From NCBI GenBank assembly GCA_948468275.1, contig CAOKHI010000004.1, forward strand, positions 1 to 61,270: a stretch of 61,270 nt of DNA. Direction: 5' to 3'. A program made the position numbers and the translations under genes. The DNA is from an uncultured Clostridium sp. (GTDB taxonomy: Bacteria; Bacillota; Clostridia; TANB77; CAG-508). The notes under the pieces were generated by a model. That model was given only the letters and a program-made list of their open reading frames with translations. It was not told the DNA's origin and made no database searches. Positions 12,144-23,684 of the stretch are shown piece after piece (within the stretch, counting starts at the first letter, position 1; the number at the start of each line of letters is the position of its first letter).

Positions 12144-13220
12144 ATGGATCAAAAAGTAAAAGTAGTACAATATGGTACAGGAAAAATGGCACTATATACA
12201 ATGCGTTATGTTTATGAAAAAGGTGGACAAGTAGTTGGAGCAGTTGATGTAAATCCAGATGTAGTAGGAAAAGACATAGGAGAGATATTAGGAACAGAAA
12301 ATAAAGGTGTTATAGTAACACATGCAGATAATGCAGAAGAAATGTTAAAACAAACAAAACCAGATATTTGTATTGTTGAAACAAGAAGTTTATTTAGTGA
12401 AGTAGAGGATGCACTATATTTATGTGCAAGATTAGGAATAAATGCAATAACAACATGTGAAGAAGCATTTTTTCCAGCAAATTCTAATCCAAAAGCAACA
12501 AAAAGAATAGATGAACTTGCAAAGAAAAATAATTGTACAATAACAGGAAGCGGATATCAAGATATATATTGGGGACAATTAATAAGCTCAATTGCAGGTT
12601 CAACACAAACAATTAAAAAAATAAAAGGAAGTTCAAGCTATAATGTAGAGGACTATGGAATAGCATTAGCACAAGCACATGGCGCAGGACTATCTTTAGA
12701 AGATTTCGAAAAAGAAATAGCATCAGCAGATAATATAACAGAAGAACAAAGACAAGAATTAATAAATAAAGGTGAATTTTTACCATCATATATGTGGAAT
12801 GTAAATGGATGGTTATGTGAAAAATTAGGTCTTACAGTAGAGTCACAAACACAAAAATGTGTACCACAAACACATTCAGAAGATATTTTTTCATCTACAT
12901 TAAATATGACTGTAAAAGCAGGAGATGCAACAGGAATGAGTGCAGTAGTGACAACAACTACTAAAGAAGGAATAGTAATTGAATCTGAATGTATAGGAAA
13001 AGTATATTCAAAAGAAGATTTTGATAAAAATGAATGGACAGTAGAAGGAGAGCCAAATACAACAATAGTAGTAAATAGACCATCAACTGTAGAACTAACA
13101 TGTGCAACAGTGGTAAACAGAATACCAGATGTAATAAATGCAAAACCAGGATATGTTCCAACAGAACAAATAGGGGATTTAAATTTTAAAATAAAGGAAC
13201 TAAATGAATATATAAAATAA
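12144..13220 (+). CDS. Dihydrodipicolinate reductase-like / 2,4-diaminopentanoate dehydrogenase-like oxidoreductase
   Basis: VVQYGTGKM Rossmann motif, TTCEE, TVVNRIPDVINAKPG. Confidence 0.75.
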   Translation: MDQKVKVVQYGTGKMALYTMRYVYEKGGQVVGAVDVNPDVVGKDIGEILGTENKGVIVTHADNAEEMLKQTKPDICIVETRSLFSEVEDALYLCARLGINAITTCEEAFFPANSNPKATKRIDELAKKNNCTITGSGYQDIYWGQLISSIAGSTQTIKKIKGSSSYNVEDYGIALAQAHGAGLSLEDFEKEIASADNITEEQRQELINKGEFLPSYMWNVNGWLCEKLGLTVESQTQKCVPQTHSEDIFSSTLNMTVKAGDATGMSAVVTTTTKEGIVIESECIGKVYSKEDFDKNEWTVEGEPNTTIVVNRPSTVELTCATVVNRIPDVINAKPGYVPTEQIGDLNFKIKELNEYIK

Positions 13221-13248
13221 AAAAAGCAGGTTTAACCTGCTTTTTTGC
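13221..13248. terminator. Bidirectional intrinsic terminator
   Basis: AAAAAGCAGG-TTTAA-CCTGCTTTTTT. Confidence 0.85.
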
Positions 13249-13258
13249 TAATATAATA

Positions 13259-15596
13259 TTAATTATTTTCTTTCTTTAAATCAAATATAATTGCATCTGA
13301 ATTGTCGAAGAAGAATTTTCCATCTGTATTATCTGTTTTTATAGGATCGACATCTCCATTATAATCAGTAGAATAATCTTGTTTAGTCAAATCAATTTTT
13401 TTCTTTTTAGAAGAAAGTTTGCTATCTTCTGCAATTCCACTTGTAAAACGAGAAAAGTCATATTTTTTGCTAGGATGAGCTTCTTTATATTTATCTTCTA
13501 GAAAATCTACTTTACCATCTCCATAATTATTTTTACCTTTTAAGTCTTTTAAAATATAAGCACAATCTTTAAATTTCAAAGCTTGCAGTTTTCCAGCAGC
13601 TATATTTTCTTTCCAATCCCATTTTGGAGTAGAAAGCTTAGAATCATATTTTACTTTACTTGTATCATAAGAAGTAGTAAATTTCCATTCTCTATGGTCA
13701 CCAAATTCTTTTTGCCATATTTCACTTTCTTCACGAGTAATACCACCAAAAACCAGTTTTGTAGTAGAGTTAGACATTATAAGTTCTCTATATTTAGATT
13801 TACCTTTAAATCCTAATTGGGTTATATTTTGAGCAGATATAATAGTTCCTACTCTATATTTTCTATAAATAGTGAATAATGGTTGTGTTGCAGGTCCAAT
13901 AAAATCTGCAAAATCATCTACATACAAGAAATGAGGAATTCTTGATTTTTCATTTCCTGGACGTCTTAATACTGAAAACTGCATAAGAAGTAGGAAAAAC
14001 AAACCAAAAGCTGTATGCATAGTAGCACCTAAATCACCACGTCTAGTACACATTAAAGTAATTTCACCATTAGCTAATATTTTATCAAAGTTCAAATTAT
14101 TAGTTCTATTACACAAAATATTTCTTACATTTGCAATTCTAAGAAGAGTATCTAGTTGAGTTATTGCACCATATACAAATTTCTCTGTATCTGCACGAGA
14201 TACACTATTAGAGTAAAAATGCTTTTTAAAATAACCAATTTGAAGAGAATATTTTTCAGCAAGTTCAGGAACTTGTTCCATTTTTTTACACATATCTTCA
14301 ACTAAATCAAAATCATTAAGCATTTTTAACATGTCTTCTAAATTAGGTAAATCACCATTATGTAGTATAGGATACATTACCTTTAATAGTATAGACAAAT
14401 TCTCAACTGCTTGAACAGCAGTATTTTCACGAAAGGCTTCTTCTGTATCCATATTACTAGTATTATACATTCCTTTTAAAACAGTTGATATTGCAACAGA
14501 TGTTAAATAAGGGTCATCAAATATAAAAGGATTTAATCCAGGTGAATCAGGAGAATTTGGATCCACTATATTAACAGGTATATTAAAGTTTTTAGCAACG
14601 TCACGCATATTATTAGTAGATTCTATATCTGGTGAAATAGCAGTAATTCCTAAAGTTTTATAAACAATACCACTAGAAGTTTTAGCATAAATCATTTTAT
14701 CCATATATGCTTCATACAAATCTTCTTTTCCGAGATGTAGGTTCAAGCATGTTTAAATTAAAGTTTTCATTCAAATAATCATTATTATAAGGTCTAGTTA
14801 AATGAGCAATACCAGTTTTTAAAGCAGTAAATCCCATTTCCTTAGAAGCTTCTTTAAAAAAGAATTTCTTTTCTAAATCCCTTGCAATCATAGGTTCAAA
14901 AACCATAGAAGTCTTTCCTGTACCAGAAATACCAACTATTAAAGCTGGATCAAAACGTCTTGCTTCTGGAATTTTTGCAAGATGACCTTTAACTTTATCT
15001 CTACACAAAACAATTTCACAAGTAAATGGTCCCCACCCTTTTTTCTTATCAGACAAATCTATTCCAGCATAATCATTAATTCCATCTTTAATATCTTTTG
15101 TTTCATTAATGGTAGTAAATAACCATTTAAACAAAGGATAAAAAGTAACAAGTGGTAAATATATAGCAATAGACTGAAAAGCAGGACGTATTAATGCTGA
15201 AAAGTCAGTAACTATTGTTACATAATTTGGAACAGACAAAAGAAGCAACCACAAAAGGGCATTAATCCATTGAACTGCCATAGAAATTCCAACTACATAC
15301 AATGCTATACAATAAACATACAAAAATGCAACTTTTACCTTATATGATGATGCAAACTGTGATGAACCAGAAAAGAAGAATGCAAAAATAGGGCAAGCAA
15401 GAGCAAATGTATATGTAATTGGTCCCCAATAAGAAACTCCAATTCCAGTAAAGAATAATATTAACAATTCAGCAATTCTATCTACTAATATGTAAATAGT
15501 TAGAAGAGTTAATATATATGTTACAAATGTATTTCTATCTGTATTTAACCATTTCAAAAATTTATCTATATATTTCAAATTTTTCACCGCTTTCAA
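13259..15596 (-). CDS. VirD4/TraG-like membrane ATPase, about 775 aa if the surplus C at 14732 is skipped
   Basis: N-terminal TM helices, Walker A GISGTGKT, HFLYVDDF Walker B, RKYRVG..SAQ motif; joins ORFs 14712..15596 and 13259..14746. Confidence 0.75.
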
Positions 15597-16010
15597 AAAT
15601 ATAATTCTACACTATATATTATCCTATAAATTCGCTAAAAAAACAATAGTATTTAGCAAAAAAGTGAATTCATTTCCATTTTTCCAATAAAAAAGCATAA
15701 AAAACTACACATAATTTTATAAATAGTACTAATCATTTATAACCCAATACAAACATATTACGAAAATAAACACACTATTTAACCATTTTAAAATTGCGAA
15801 AAATGAAAAAATATAGTAAAATTAAAGTATATGAGGAAATACAAATAAGTAGGGAGGTGGATATATTATGGCTAGAAGATTTGGAAGAAATTATTAAGTA
15901 AGCTTTAGAAAATTATAAAAAGCAAATATTATCTTAAACAATATTTAGATAGAAAAATGCAAATTAAAAATTTACATTAAAATAGTTAATTAGTAAAGAA
16001 GGAAACAAAA

Positions 16011-16580
16011 ATGAAAATAGGAATAGATGTTGATAATACAATAACAGATACATTGCCGTTATTAAAGCAATATTGTAAAGAATATAATGATAAAGTTATT
16101 AAAAGGAATTTATCTATGAATGAAGAGGGATTTTCAGTTTATAATCTATATGAATGGACAGAAGACGAAAAAACAGAATTTTTAGAAAAATATATAAATG
16201 AAATAAGAAAAAAAGCTCATATAAAACAAAATGCACAAAAGGTTATTCAAAATTTAAAACAAGAAGGCAATACTATTTATATTATAACTGCTAGAAAGAA
16301 TATTAAAGGTGAAAGTCCATATAAAATAACACAGGAGTTTTTACAAAAAAATAATATTCAATATGATGAATTAGTAATACAGAAGGATAAAAAGCAATTT
16401 TGTATTGATAATAATATAGAAATTTTAATAGATGATGAACCACAAAATATAGATTCAGTATCTGAAGTTATACCAGTAATTGTATTTGAAGAAATATATA
16501 ATGAAAAATGTAATGGAAAAAATATTATTAAAGTAAATACATGGGATGAAGTATATAATGTAATTAAAAATATGAGTTAA
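16011..16580 (+). CDS. HAD-superfamily 5'(3')-nucleotidase (NT5C-like)
   Basis: IGIDVDNT, ITAR, LIDD motifs. Confidence 0.85.
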   Translation: MKIGIDVDNTITDTLPLLKQYCKEYNDKVIKRNLSMNEEGFSVYNLYEWTEDEKTEFLEKYINEIRKKAHIKQNAQKVIQNLKQEGNTIYIITARKNIKGESPYKITQEFLQKNNIQYDELVIQKDKKQFCIDNNIEILIDDEPQNIDSVSEVIPVIVFEEIYNEKCNGKNIIKVNTWDEVYNVIKNMS

Positions 16581-16763
16581 TTTTTTAGTATATGAAAAAG
16601 AGGCTATTAGAAATGCTTTTTTTCATATATACAAAATTATTTAGAAATTTAAATAAAAAAACAAACACATTATTTAACTAAAACATGAAGAAATTCTAGC
16701 AAAAAAAGATATTAACAACTAATATATCCTAGTTAGTATATAAGTAACTAGGATTATTTAGGT

Positions 16764-16985
16764 TTAAAGAAGTTCTATAAATTTACTTGCAACACAAGAT
16801 AAATAGTTTTTATCATAAAGAGCACCAATTTCTAAGAAATCAGGAATTTCTTTCACAGGAATTAGAAATAATTCCTGATTTTTTAGTTCATCAGTTATTG
16901 TTTCTCTTAAAGTATATCCAATCCCATACCCTAATTTCACCAAGAGAATAAGTGGATCATGATAAGGTTTTCTAAATTTGCCCAT
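16764..16985 (-). pseudogene. C-terminal remnant of a LysR-type substrate-binding domain
   Basis: LVKLGYGIGY...LSCVASKFIELL resembles LysR C-termini; no HTH part visible. Confidence 0.5.
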
Positions 16986-17239
16986 AACTTAATTAGAAGT
17001 CTATAAATAGGATACAATTAAGGTCTAAATAAAATGGTTTGATTAATGTATAGTGTTGTAAGTATTCAAATAAAGTCAGTAAACAGCTTATGAAAATTAA
17101 TTAACAATAAGAAAAATATATAATCACTAATAGTAAAAAAATAATTGACTAAAAAAATAAAGAAATATATATTATATGAATATAATTTTTAAAGCAGGAA
17201 AAAATAAGCAAAGGATAAATGAATGGAAGGAGAATATTA

Positions 17240-17298
17240 GTGAAAAAAATAGTAGAAAATGGCAGAGGAATAACACTAATAGCATTAATAATAACAAT
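17240..17298 (+). pseudogene. Truncated duplicate of a pilin gene 5' end (GITLIALIITI)
   Basis: Within a 107-bp direct repeat (17192-17298) of 19376-19482. Confidence 0.8.
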
Positions 17299-17523
17299 TT
17301 TATTCTCCTATGACGAAAAATTAAAATATAGTAATAACAAGGGTTTCCTCCTAGCAACAATTTAAAAATTATAAAATTTTCACATATTTAGAAGATGATT
17401 TGTCAAAAATATATACAAAATCATCTTTTTTTGAATTTGTAATGAAGTATCTGGAAATAAATGTTATAATGATTTTGGCATCAGTTGTTGCCAAATTATA
17501 AAAAGAACAACAGGAGGTTATTA

Positions 17524-19008
17524 ATGATAGTATCACAAGAAAATTCAATATTAACATTGAAATATATGACTGAAGAAAAAGAAAATCAGTTTTTTGATAG
17601 AAAAAGTGCAAGAAAGCCAGTAAAAGAATTAGCAAATTTTGTAGCAAGTTTTGCCAATGCTAGTGGTGGTACGCTAGTAATTGGTATTGCTGATGATGGA
17701 AAAATAGAAGGATTTGAAGATTATCCAAATAAATATAATGATTTTTTAAAAGTAACAAGTATAGATTATTTAAAAACAATACCAAATTATAAAAATGAAA
17801 CATTAGAAGTTGTTAATTATAAAGGAAATAAGGATAAAATATTATTAATTCATGTACAACCAAGCACAGACATTTTAATTAGAAATGTAAAAGATGAAGT
17901 ATATTTAAGACAAGGGATTCAAGTAATAAACTTTCATCAGAACAAATAAGAATATTAGAATATGACAGAAGAGAAGTATCATTTGAAGAAGAAATAAATA
18001 CTCGTTCTAATGTAAATAATATAGATATGGAGATGGTAGAAATCTATAAAAAAGCAATAGGAGCAGAAAATAAAGATCCATTAGATGTTTTAAGAGCCAG
18101 AAATTTTTTAGTAAAAAAAGATGGAGAAGAACATTTAACAAATAGTGGAATATTATTATTTGCAGAAGATCCATCTATATTTTTCCCAACAGCTAGAGTC
18201 AGAGTAATAAAATTTGATGGAACTGAAATGCATACAGGAGCAGAATTAAATATTGTTAAAGATAAAACATTTGCATTACCTTTATATAAAGTTATAAAAG
18301 AAACTCAAGGTTTTGTAGATACTCAATTAAGAGAATTTAATCATTTAGGAAATAACGGAGAATTTGTAACAGTTCCAGAATATCCAAAATTTGCTTGGGA
18401 AGAACGGAATCACAAATGCTGTATGTCATCGTAATTATGCTATATCAGGAGAACATACAAAGATTTTTATTTTTGATGACAGAATGGAAATTGTAAGTCC
18501 TGGAAAATTACCAAGTATAATTACAATAGATAATATGAAAAATGAAAGATATGCTAGAAATCCTCAAATATCAAGAGTATTAACTGAATTAGGATTAGTA
18601 AAAGAATTAAATGAGGGTGTAGCAAGAATTTATAAAGAGATGTCTGAGTTCTTTTTAGATGAGCCAGAGTATACAGAGCCTAATGGTATGTTAGTTAAGT
18701 TAGTTCTAAAAAATAATATTGTTATGAGAAATAAAAGAAAAAATGAAAAATTATTAAAGGAAGATGATATAAGAAATAATTGGGAAGAATTAAATGTATT
18801 AGAGCAAAAGGTTTTGCAATACATATATGATAAAGGTGAAGTTACTAATAAAGAAATATGTGAATATATAGATAGAACTAGAAGGACAACAATAAGGATA
18901 TTGAATAGATTAGAAGAAAAAAATCTTATAGAATGGATAGGAACATCAGTATCAGATCCTAAAAAAGTTTATACAGTAAAACAAAAAAATGAAAAAATGT
19001 CACAGTAG
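17524..19008 (+). pseudogene. AlbA_2/Schlafen-like + HATPase_c_4 + wHTH protein; one base missing at GGG 17914-17916 plus surplus C at 18405
   Basis: SFANASGGTLVIG, E-GITNAVCHRNY, DDRMEIVSPG, RNPQI, C-terminal wHTH across three ORFs. Confidence 0.8.
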
Positions 19009-19039
19009 TGTCACAGCAATGTCACAGTTTGTGTCACAG
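18998..19039 (+). repeat. Four direct TGTCACAG repeats with 11, 11 and 12 bp spacing
   Basis: Copies start at 18998, 19009, 19020, 19032. Confidence 0.9.
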
Positions 19040-19423
19040 TAAAGTCGTTTTAGATAAAAAAGTCTAAAGAGGTTTTTTTATAGAAATTTTTTGTTTACAT
19101 TTTTGAAATAAAATTACACAATAAAAGTTGGCTTAAATACGAAAATAATGTAAATGAAAAGGAAAATATACTGTTTGTCATTACAAAAAATATATGCAAG
19201 AAGTTGAAAAAATCTATGAATAATGTATAAAAAATAAAATTAAAAATTTAATATATTAACAAAATACATAAATGTAAAATCTATACTAAAACCAAAAAAA
19301 TGAGACAAATAAAAAATCCAAAAAAAGATATTGACAACTAATAATAATTAACATATCATGTGAATACAAAAAATGAAGCAGGGAAAAATAAGCAAAGGAT
19401 AAATGAATGGAAGGAGAATATTA

Positions 19424-20534
19424 GTGAAAAAAATAGTAGAAAATGGTAGAGGAATAACACTAATAGCATTAATAATAACAATAATAATATTACTAATATT
19501 AGCAGGAATAACACTAAATATAGTAATAAATGGAGGATTAATTGAACAAGCCAAAAATGCAACAGATAAGTATAAACAAGCAGAAGTACAAGAACAAAAT
19601 AGTTTAAATGAATTAGCAGAAAAAATAGACAATATGAATAAAACAGCAAATGCAGGAGATGTAATAAAGCAAGAGGGAAGTATAAAATATACAGCAGATG
19701 GAAAAGGGAATGTAATACCAGTACCAGAAGGATTTAGTTATGCAGGCGAAGGAACAAAAGAAACAGGGTTTGTAATAAAAAATGATATAGATGAGAATGA
19801 ATTTGTATGGATACCAGTAAAAGATATGCCATACAAATATGATAGATACGCATTTACAAGAGAAGAATGGACATATAGACAGATATTAGGAGAAAAAGAT
19901 GAAAAAACAAATAGTTATAAGATAATAAGAGCGGATTTACCAAGTTATTATTATACAGAAACATTATTAGAGGATGAAAGAATAAGTGTAGAAATATATG
20001 GAGGATATTATATAGCAAGATATGAAGCAGGAATATTAACTCAAAGAAAAAGTGCTACTGAGCAGGTAACAGTAAAACCAATATTTAGAAAAACAGGAGA
20101 TACAGTAGTACATGTGTACAATTATGTTACAAAAGCACAAGCACAACAATTATCAGAAAACTTATATAATAAAACACAAAACAATGTAACAAGCAAATTA
20201 TGCAGTAGCTATGCATGGGATACAGCATTAAAATTTATAGAAACAAAAAATGAAGGATGGTCAACCAATAGTATAGGAGGAAATTATGATATATCATCAA
20301 ATGGAACAGGAGAATTGAAACCAACAGGTTATCATAGTGTAAATAACATATATGATATGGGAGGAAATGTATGGGAAATTACAAATGAAAATTATAGTAA
20401 TAATAGTACACCATATGTAGCAAGACGGTGCAACATATAAATATTCATCAACTGCATCTGCATCTTTACGAAGTTGGGTAAATAGTAGTCAAAGTGATGA
20501 AGGAATTGGATTTCGTATTGCTATATATTTGTAA
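19424..20534 (+). CDS. Type IV pilin-like protein with C-terminal FGE-sulfatase/C-type-lectin fold, 369 aa if the C at 20426 is skipped
   Basis: RGITLIALIITIIILLILAG prepilin motif; NEFVWIPV, GGYYIARYEAG, YDMGGNVWE; +1 frame ends GFRIAIYL. Confidence 0.85.
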
Positions 20535-20672
20535 AACAAAAATTTAACATATTACGAAAATAAATACACTATTAAAATTGCTATATGCATGCATTATACG
20601 ATAATAGTGTTGACAAGCTTCAATCAATAAAATAATATTATTATGAATATTAATATTATGGAGAATGAAGTA

Positions 20673-21580
20673 ATGAAAGATATAAATATAATGAATAAAA
20701 TAGTGTATTATAATAAGGGTATAACATTAATATCATTAGTAATAACAATAATTATATTATTAATACTTTCAGGTGTAACAGTGTATTTTGTATTAAGTAA
20801 AAATGGAATAATAGATAAAGCAACAGATGCAATAGATGTACATAGGAAAGTAGTGGCAATGGAACAGGTAGAATTGCTGTTAGAAGATTATAATATACAA
20901 TATTATGAGGAAAAAAATATACAAGAAACGAACAAAGAAATAAAAAGAAATATATAATAGATAAGTTAGAACAAGAAGAATCGCTAAATGAAATCAGAAT
21001 TGATGTACAAGGTGATGACTTAAATATATATGATATGAAAGAAAATTTACTAGTAACTGCGAAATTTCAAGAAAATGGGGAAATAAAGTGGGATAACAAT
21101 ATTTCAGAAAATGAACAGACAACAGTTATAAAAGAAAGAAAATATATAATAAAAGATGGCGTTGAGCAATTTCCTAATACAACAGAATTAAAAAGAACAA
21201 CAATAACACAAGAAAATGATTATTTAAAATTAACATTATCATCAACATCAAACTCAAGGGCTGGATATAGTACGGCATTTGATGCATCGAGGTATTCAAA
21301 AATTTTTTTAGATATGGAAATTTCAAAATTACAAGCAGCAAATAATGAAGCTATGATTTTTTTACCATTGAGTTCAATAGAAGAAGATGTTTTTGGAAAT
21401 GATGGTCATCCTATATTTAGTACATCTAATGGTTCTGGAAATACATCAATAAATAGAGCTGTTTTTAATATAACAAAGCCAGAAGGCCTAAAAGAATCTA
21501 GAATTTATATAATATCTAATGCAACATCAAATTCAACTACACATATTTTTAAAATATATAATTTATGGCTAGAAAAGTAG
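20673..21580 (+). pseudogene. Type IV pilin-like protein split at an A7 tract (20911-20917)
   Basis: KGITLISLVITIIILLILSG; one extra A fuses ORF 20643..20957 to 21035..21580. Confidence 0.7.
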
Positions 21581-21689
21581 CTTATAAAAATACAATGTAA
21601 AAAGAAGGTAAAAAGTGAGAATTGAGTAGTAGTCTTAAAGACGAAAAAAATGTAATTGACAATGGAAATATTTTGTGTTAAAATATTTA

Positions 21690-21765
21690 TCTGTAATCCG
21701 CTTAATTAAGGTTCATAAAGGTTAATTTGATTTAACTACCTAAAGTTTGGGATTAGCGAGTATAC
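21690..21765 (+). promoter_or_regulatory. Candidate L21 ribosomal protein leader
   Basis: Structured leader (CGCTTAAT...ATTAGCG) between a TTGACA/TAAAAT promoter and rplU. Confidence 0.5.
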
Positions 21766-21787
21766 AAAAAAAGGGAGGTGTACATAA

Positions 21788-22147
21788 ATGTACGCAATAA
21801 TTGAAAGTTGTGGAAAACAATATAAGGTTCAAGAAGGTGATGTTATATTTTTTGAGAAATTAGATGCTGAAGTTGGAAAAGAAGTTTCTTTTGATAAAGT
21901 TGTTTTAGTATCTGATGGAGAAAAAATAGAAATAGGAAATCCATATGTTAAAGGATATAAAGTTGCAGGTGAAGTTGTTTCTCACGGAAAAGGTAAAAAA
22001 ATAATTGTTTTTAAATATAAACCTAAAAAGAATTATAGAAGAAAACAAGGTCATAGACAACCATATACAAAAGTAAAAATAACATCAATTAATGCAAAAG
22101 CAGCTAAAAAAGCAACAGCTAAAGCAGATGAAAAAGTAGAAGCTTAA
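21788..22147 (+). CDS. rplU: 50S ribosomal protein L21
   Basis: [21 protein letters not shown]. Confidence 0.98.
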   Translation: MYAIIESCGKQYKVQEGDVIFFEKLDAEVGKEVSFDKVVLVSDGEKIEIGNPYVKGYKVAGEVVSHGKGKKIIVFKYKPKKNYRRKQGHRQPYTKVKITSINAKAAKKATAKADEKVEA

Positions 22148-22195
22148 GAAATTAATAAAATTGTAATAAGTAAAAGCTGAAGGGAGTGAAAAAAC

Positions 22196-22456
22196 ATGGC
22201 ACATAAAAAAGGGCAAGGTAGTGTTAAAAATGGAAGAGATAGTGAGTCTAAACGTCTTGGTGTGAAACGTGCTGATGGACAATTTGTATTAGCAGGAAAT
22301 ATATTAATGAGACAAAGAGGAACTCATATACATCCAGGAACTAATGTTGGAATTGGTAGTGATGATACTTTATATGCATTAGTAGATGGAACAGTAAAAT
22401 TTGAAAGATTGGGTAAAGATAAGAAAAAAGTAAGTGTTTATCCAACAACAGCTTAA
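22196..22456 (+). CDS. rpmA: 50S ribosomal protein L27, no N-terminal extension
   Basis: [21 protein letters not shown]. Confidence 0.98.
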   Translation: MAHKKGQGSVKNGRDSESKRLGVKRADGQFVLAGNILMRQRGTHIHPGTNVGIGSDDTLYALVDGTVKFERLGKDKKKVSVYPTTA

Positions 22457-22465
22457 GTTTCAGTT

Positions 22466-22646
22466 GTTACAATTCACAGACAATAGCAGTAAGTAGCGAA
22501 GACTAAGTAATATATTTTATTTTGTAATGAAGACCCGACAGCCCATTGAGGCGGGGGAATACCCGTGAGCTTGGAGGGCGAAATGAAAAAATAAAATATA
22601 TTACTTAGCCGTAGCGGATTTTATTATATATGCTGTGAACTGTAAC
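22466..22646 (+). mobile_element. 181-bp MITE, copy 1
   Basis: TIR GTTACAATTCACAG/CTGTGAACTGTAAC; exact 8-bp duplication TTTCAGTT. Confidence 0.9.
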
Positions 22647-22729
22647 TTTCAGTTATTAGATTTAATAAAAAATTAAAAAAAGTATTGCAATAGCAATGCT
22701 TTTTTGATATACTATTGTAGTTAAAAAAT

Positions 22730-22810
22730 AAACACACAAAGTTAGTTTATGAAAGTGCTTAATTTTTTAAGTGTGCATAAATGTTTAGGCTTTGTGGAAG
22801 TTAAACTAAA
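22730..22810 (+). promoter_or_regulatory. Candidate rpsB (S2) autoregulatory leader
   Basis: ACACACAAAG...CTTTGTGG stem upstream of the rpsB RBS. Confidence 0.5.
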
Positions 22811-22824
22811 AGGAGGAATTTTAA

Positions 22825-23598
22825 ATGGCAGTAGTTGCAATGAAACAATTACTAGAAGCAGGTGTACATTTTGGACACCAAACAAGAAGATGGGATCCTA
22901 GAATGGCTGAATACATATTTCAAGCTAGAAACGGAATCCATATAATCGATTTACAAAAGACATCTAAAAAAATTGATGAGGCATACAGATTCATCAAAGA
23001 ACAAGTAGAAGAAGGAAAAGAGGTTCTTTTTGTAGGAACTAAAAAACAAGCACAAGAATGTGTAAAAGAAGCAGCACAAATGTGTGGAATGTATTATATT
23101 GACCAAAGATGGTTAGGTGGAATGTTAACAAACTTTGGAACAATACAAAAAAGAATACAAAGATTAAAAGATTTAGAAGCAATGCAAGAAGATGGAACTT
23201 TTGAAGTATTACCAAAAAAAGAAGTAATACTATTAAAAAAGGAAATGGAGAAACTTGAAAAAAATCTTGGTGGAATCAAAAATATGACAAATTTACCAAG
23301 TTTAATATTTGTTGTTGATCCAAAAAAAGAAAGAATAGCAATATTAGAAGCAAGAAAATTAAATATTCCAGTAGTAGGTTTAGTAGATACAAACTGTAAT
23401 CCAGAAGATGTAGACTATGTAATACCTGGAAATGATGATGCTATACGTGCAGTAAAATTAATAACACAAGTAGTAGCAAATGCAGTTATAGAAGGAAAAC
23501 AAGGAGAAACTTTTGAAACTTTACAAGATGAAGAACAAAATGTAGAAACAGAAGAACCAACTAGTATTGAAGAAGTAGTATCTGAAGTTCAAGAATAA
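22825..23598 (+). CDS. rpsB: 30S ribosomal protein S2
   Basis: [29 protein letters not shown]. Confidence 0.99.
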   Translation: MAVVAMKQLLEAGVHFGHQTRRWDPRMAEYIFQARNGIHIIDLQKTSKKIDEAYRFIKEQVEEGKEVLFVGTKKQAQECVKEAAQMCGMYYIDQRWLGGMLTNFGTIQKRIQRLKDLEAMQEDGTFEVLPKKEVILLKKEMEKLEKNLGGIKNMTNLPSLIFVVDPKKERIAILEARKLNIPVVGLVDTNCNPEDVDYVIPGNDDAIRAVKLITQVVANAVIEGKQGETFETLQDEEQNVETEEPTSIEEVVSEVQE

Positions 23599-23684
23599 AA
23601 ATAAGGGTTAGAAGTTGAAATTGAAGAAAAATTAAAAATGCAATTCCAACATCTAACCTACAAAAATAAAGGAGGAGAAAAATT

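Noticed and set aside
15850-15900. Strong RBS followed by a 9-codon ORF (MARRFGRNY)
   Set aside because: Too short and without supporting structure; cannot be distinguished from a gene remnant.
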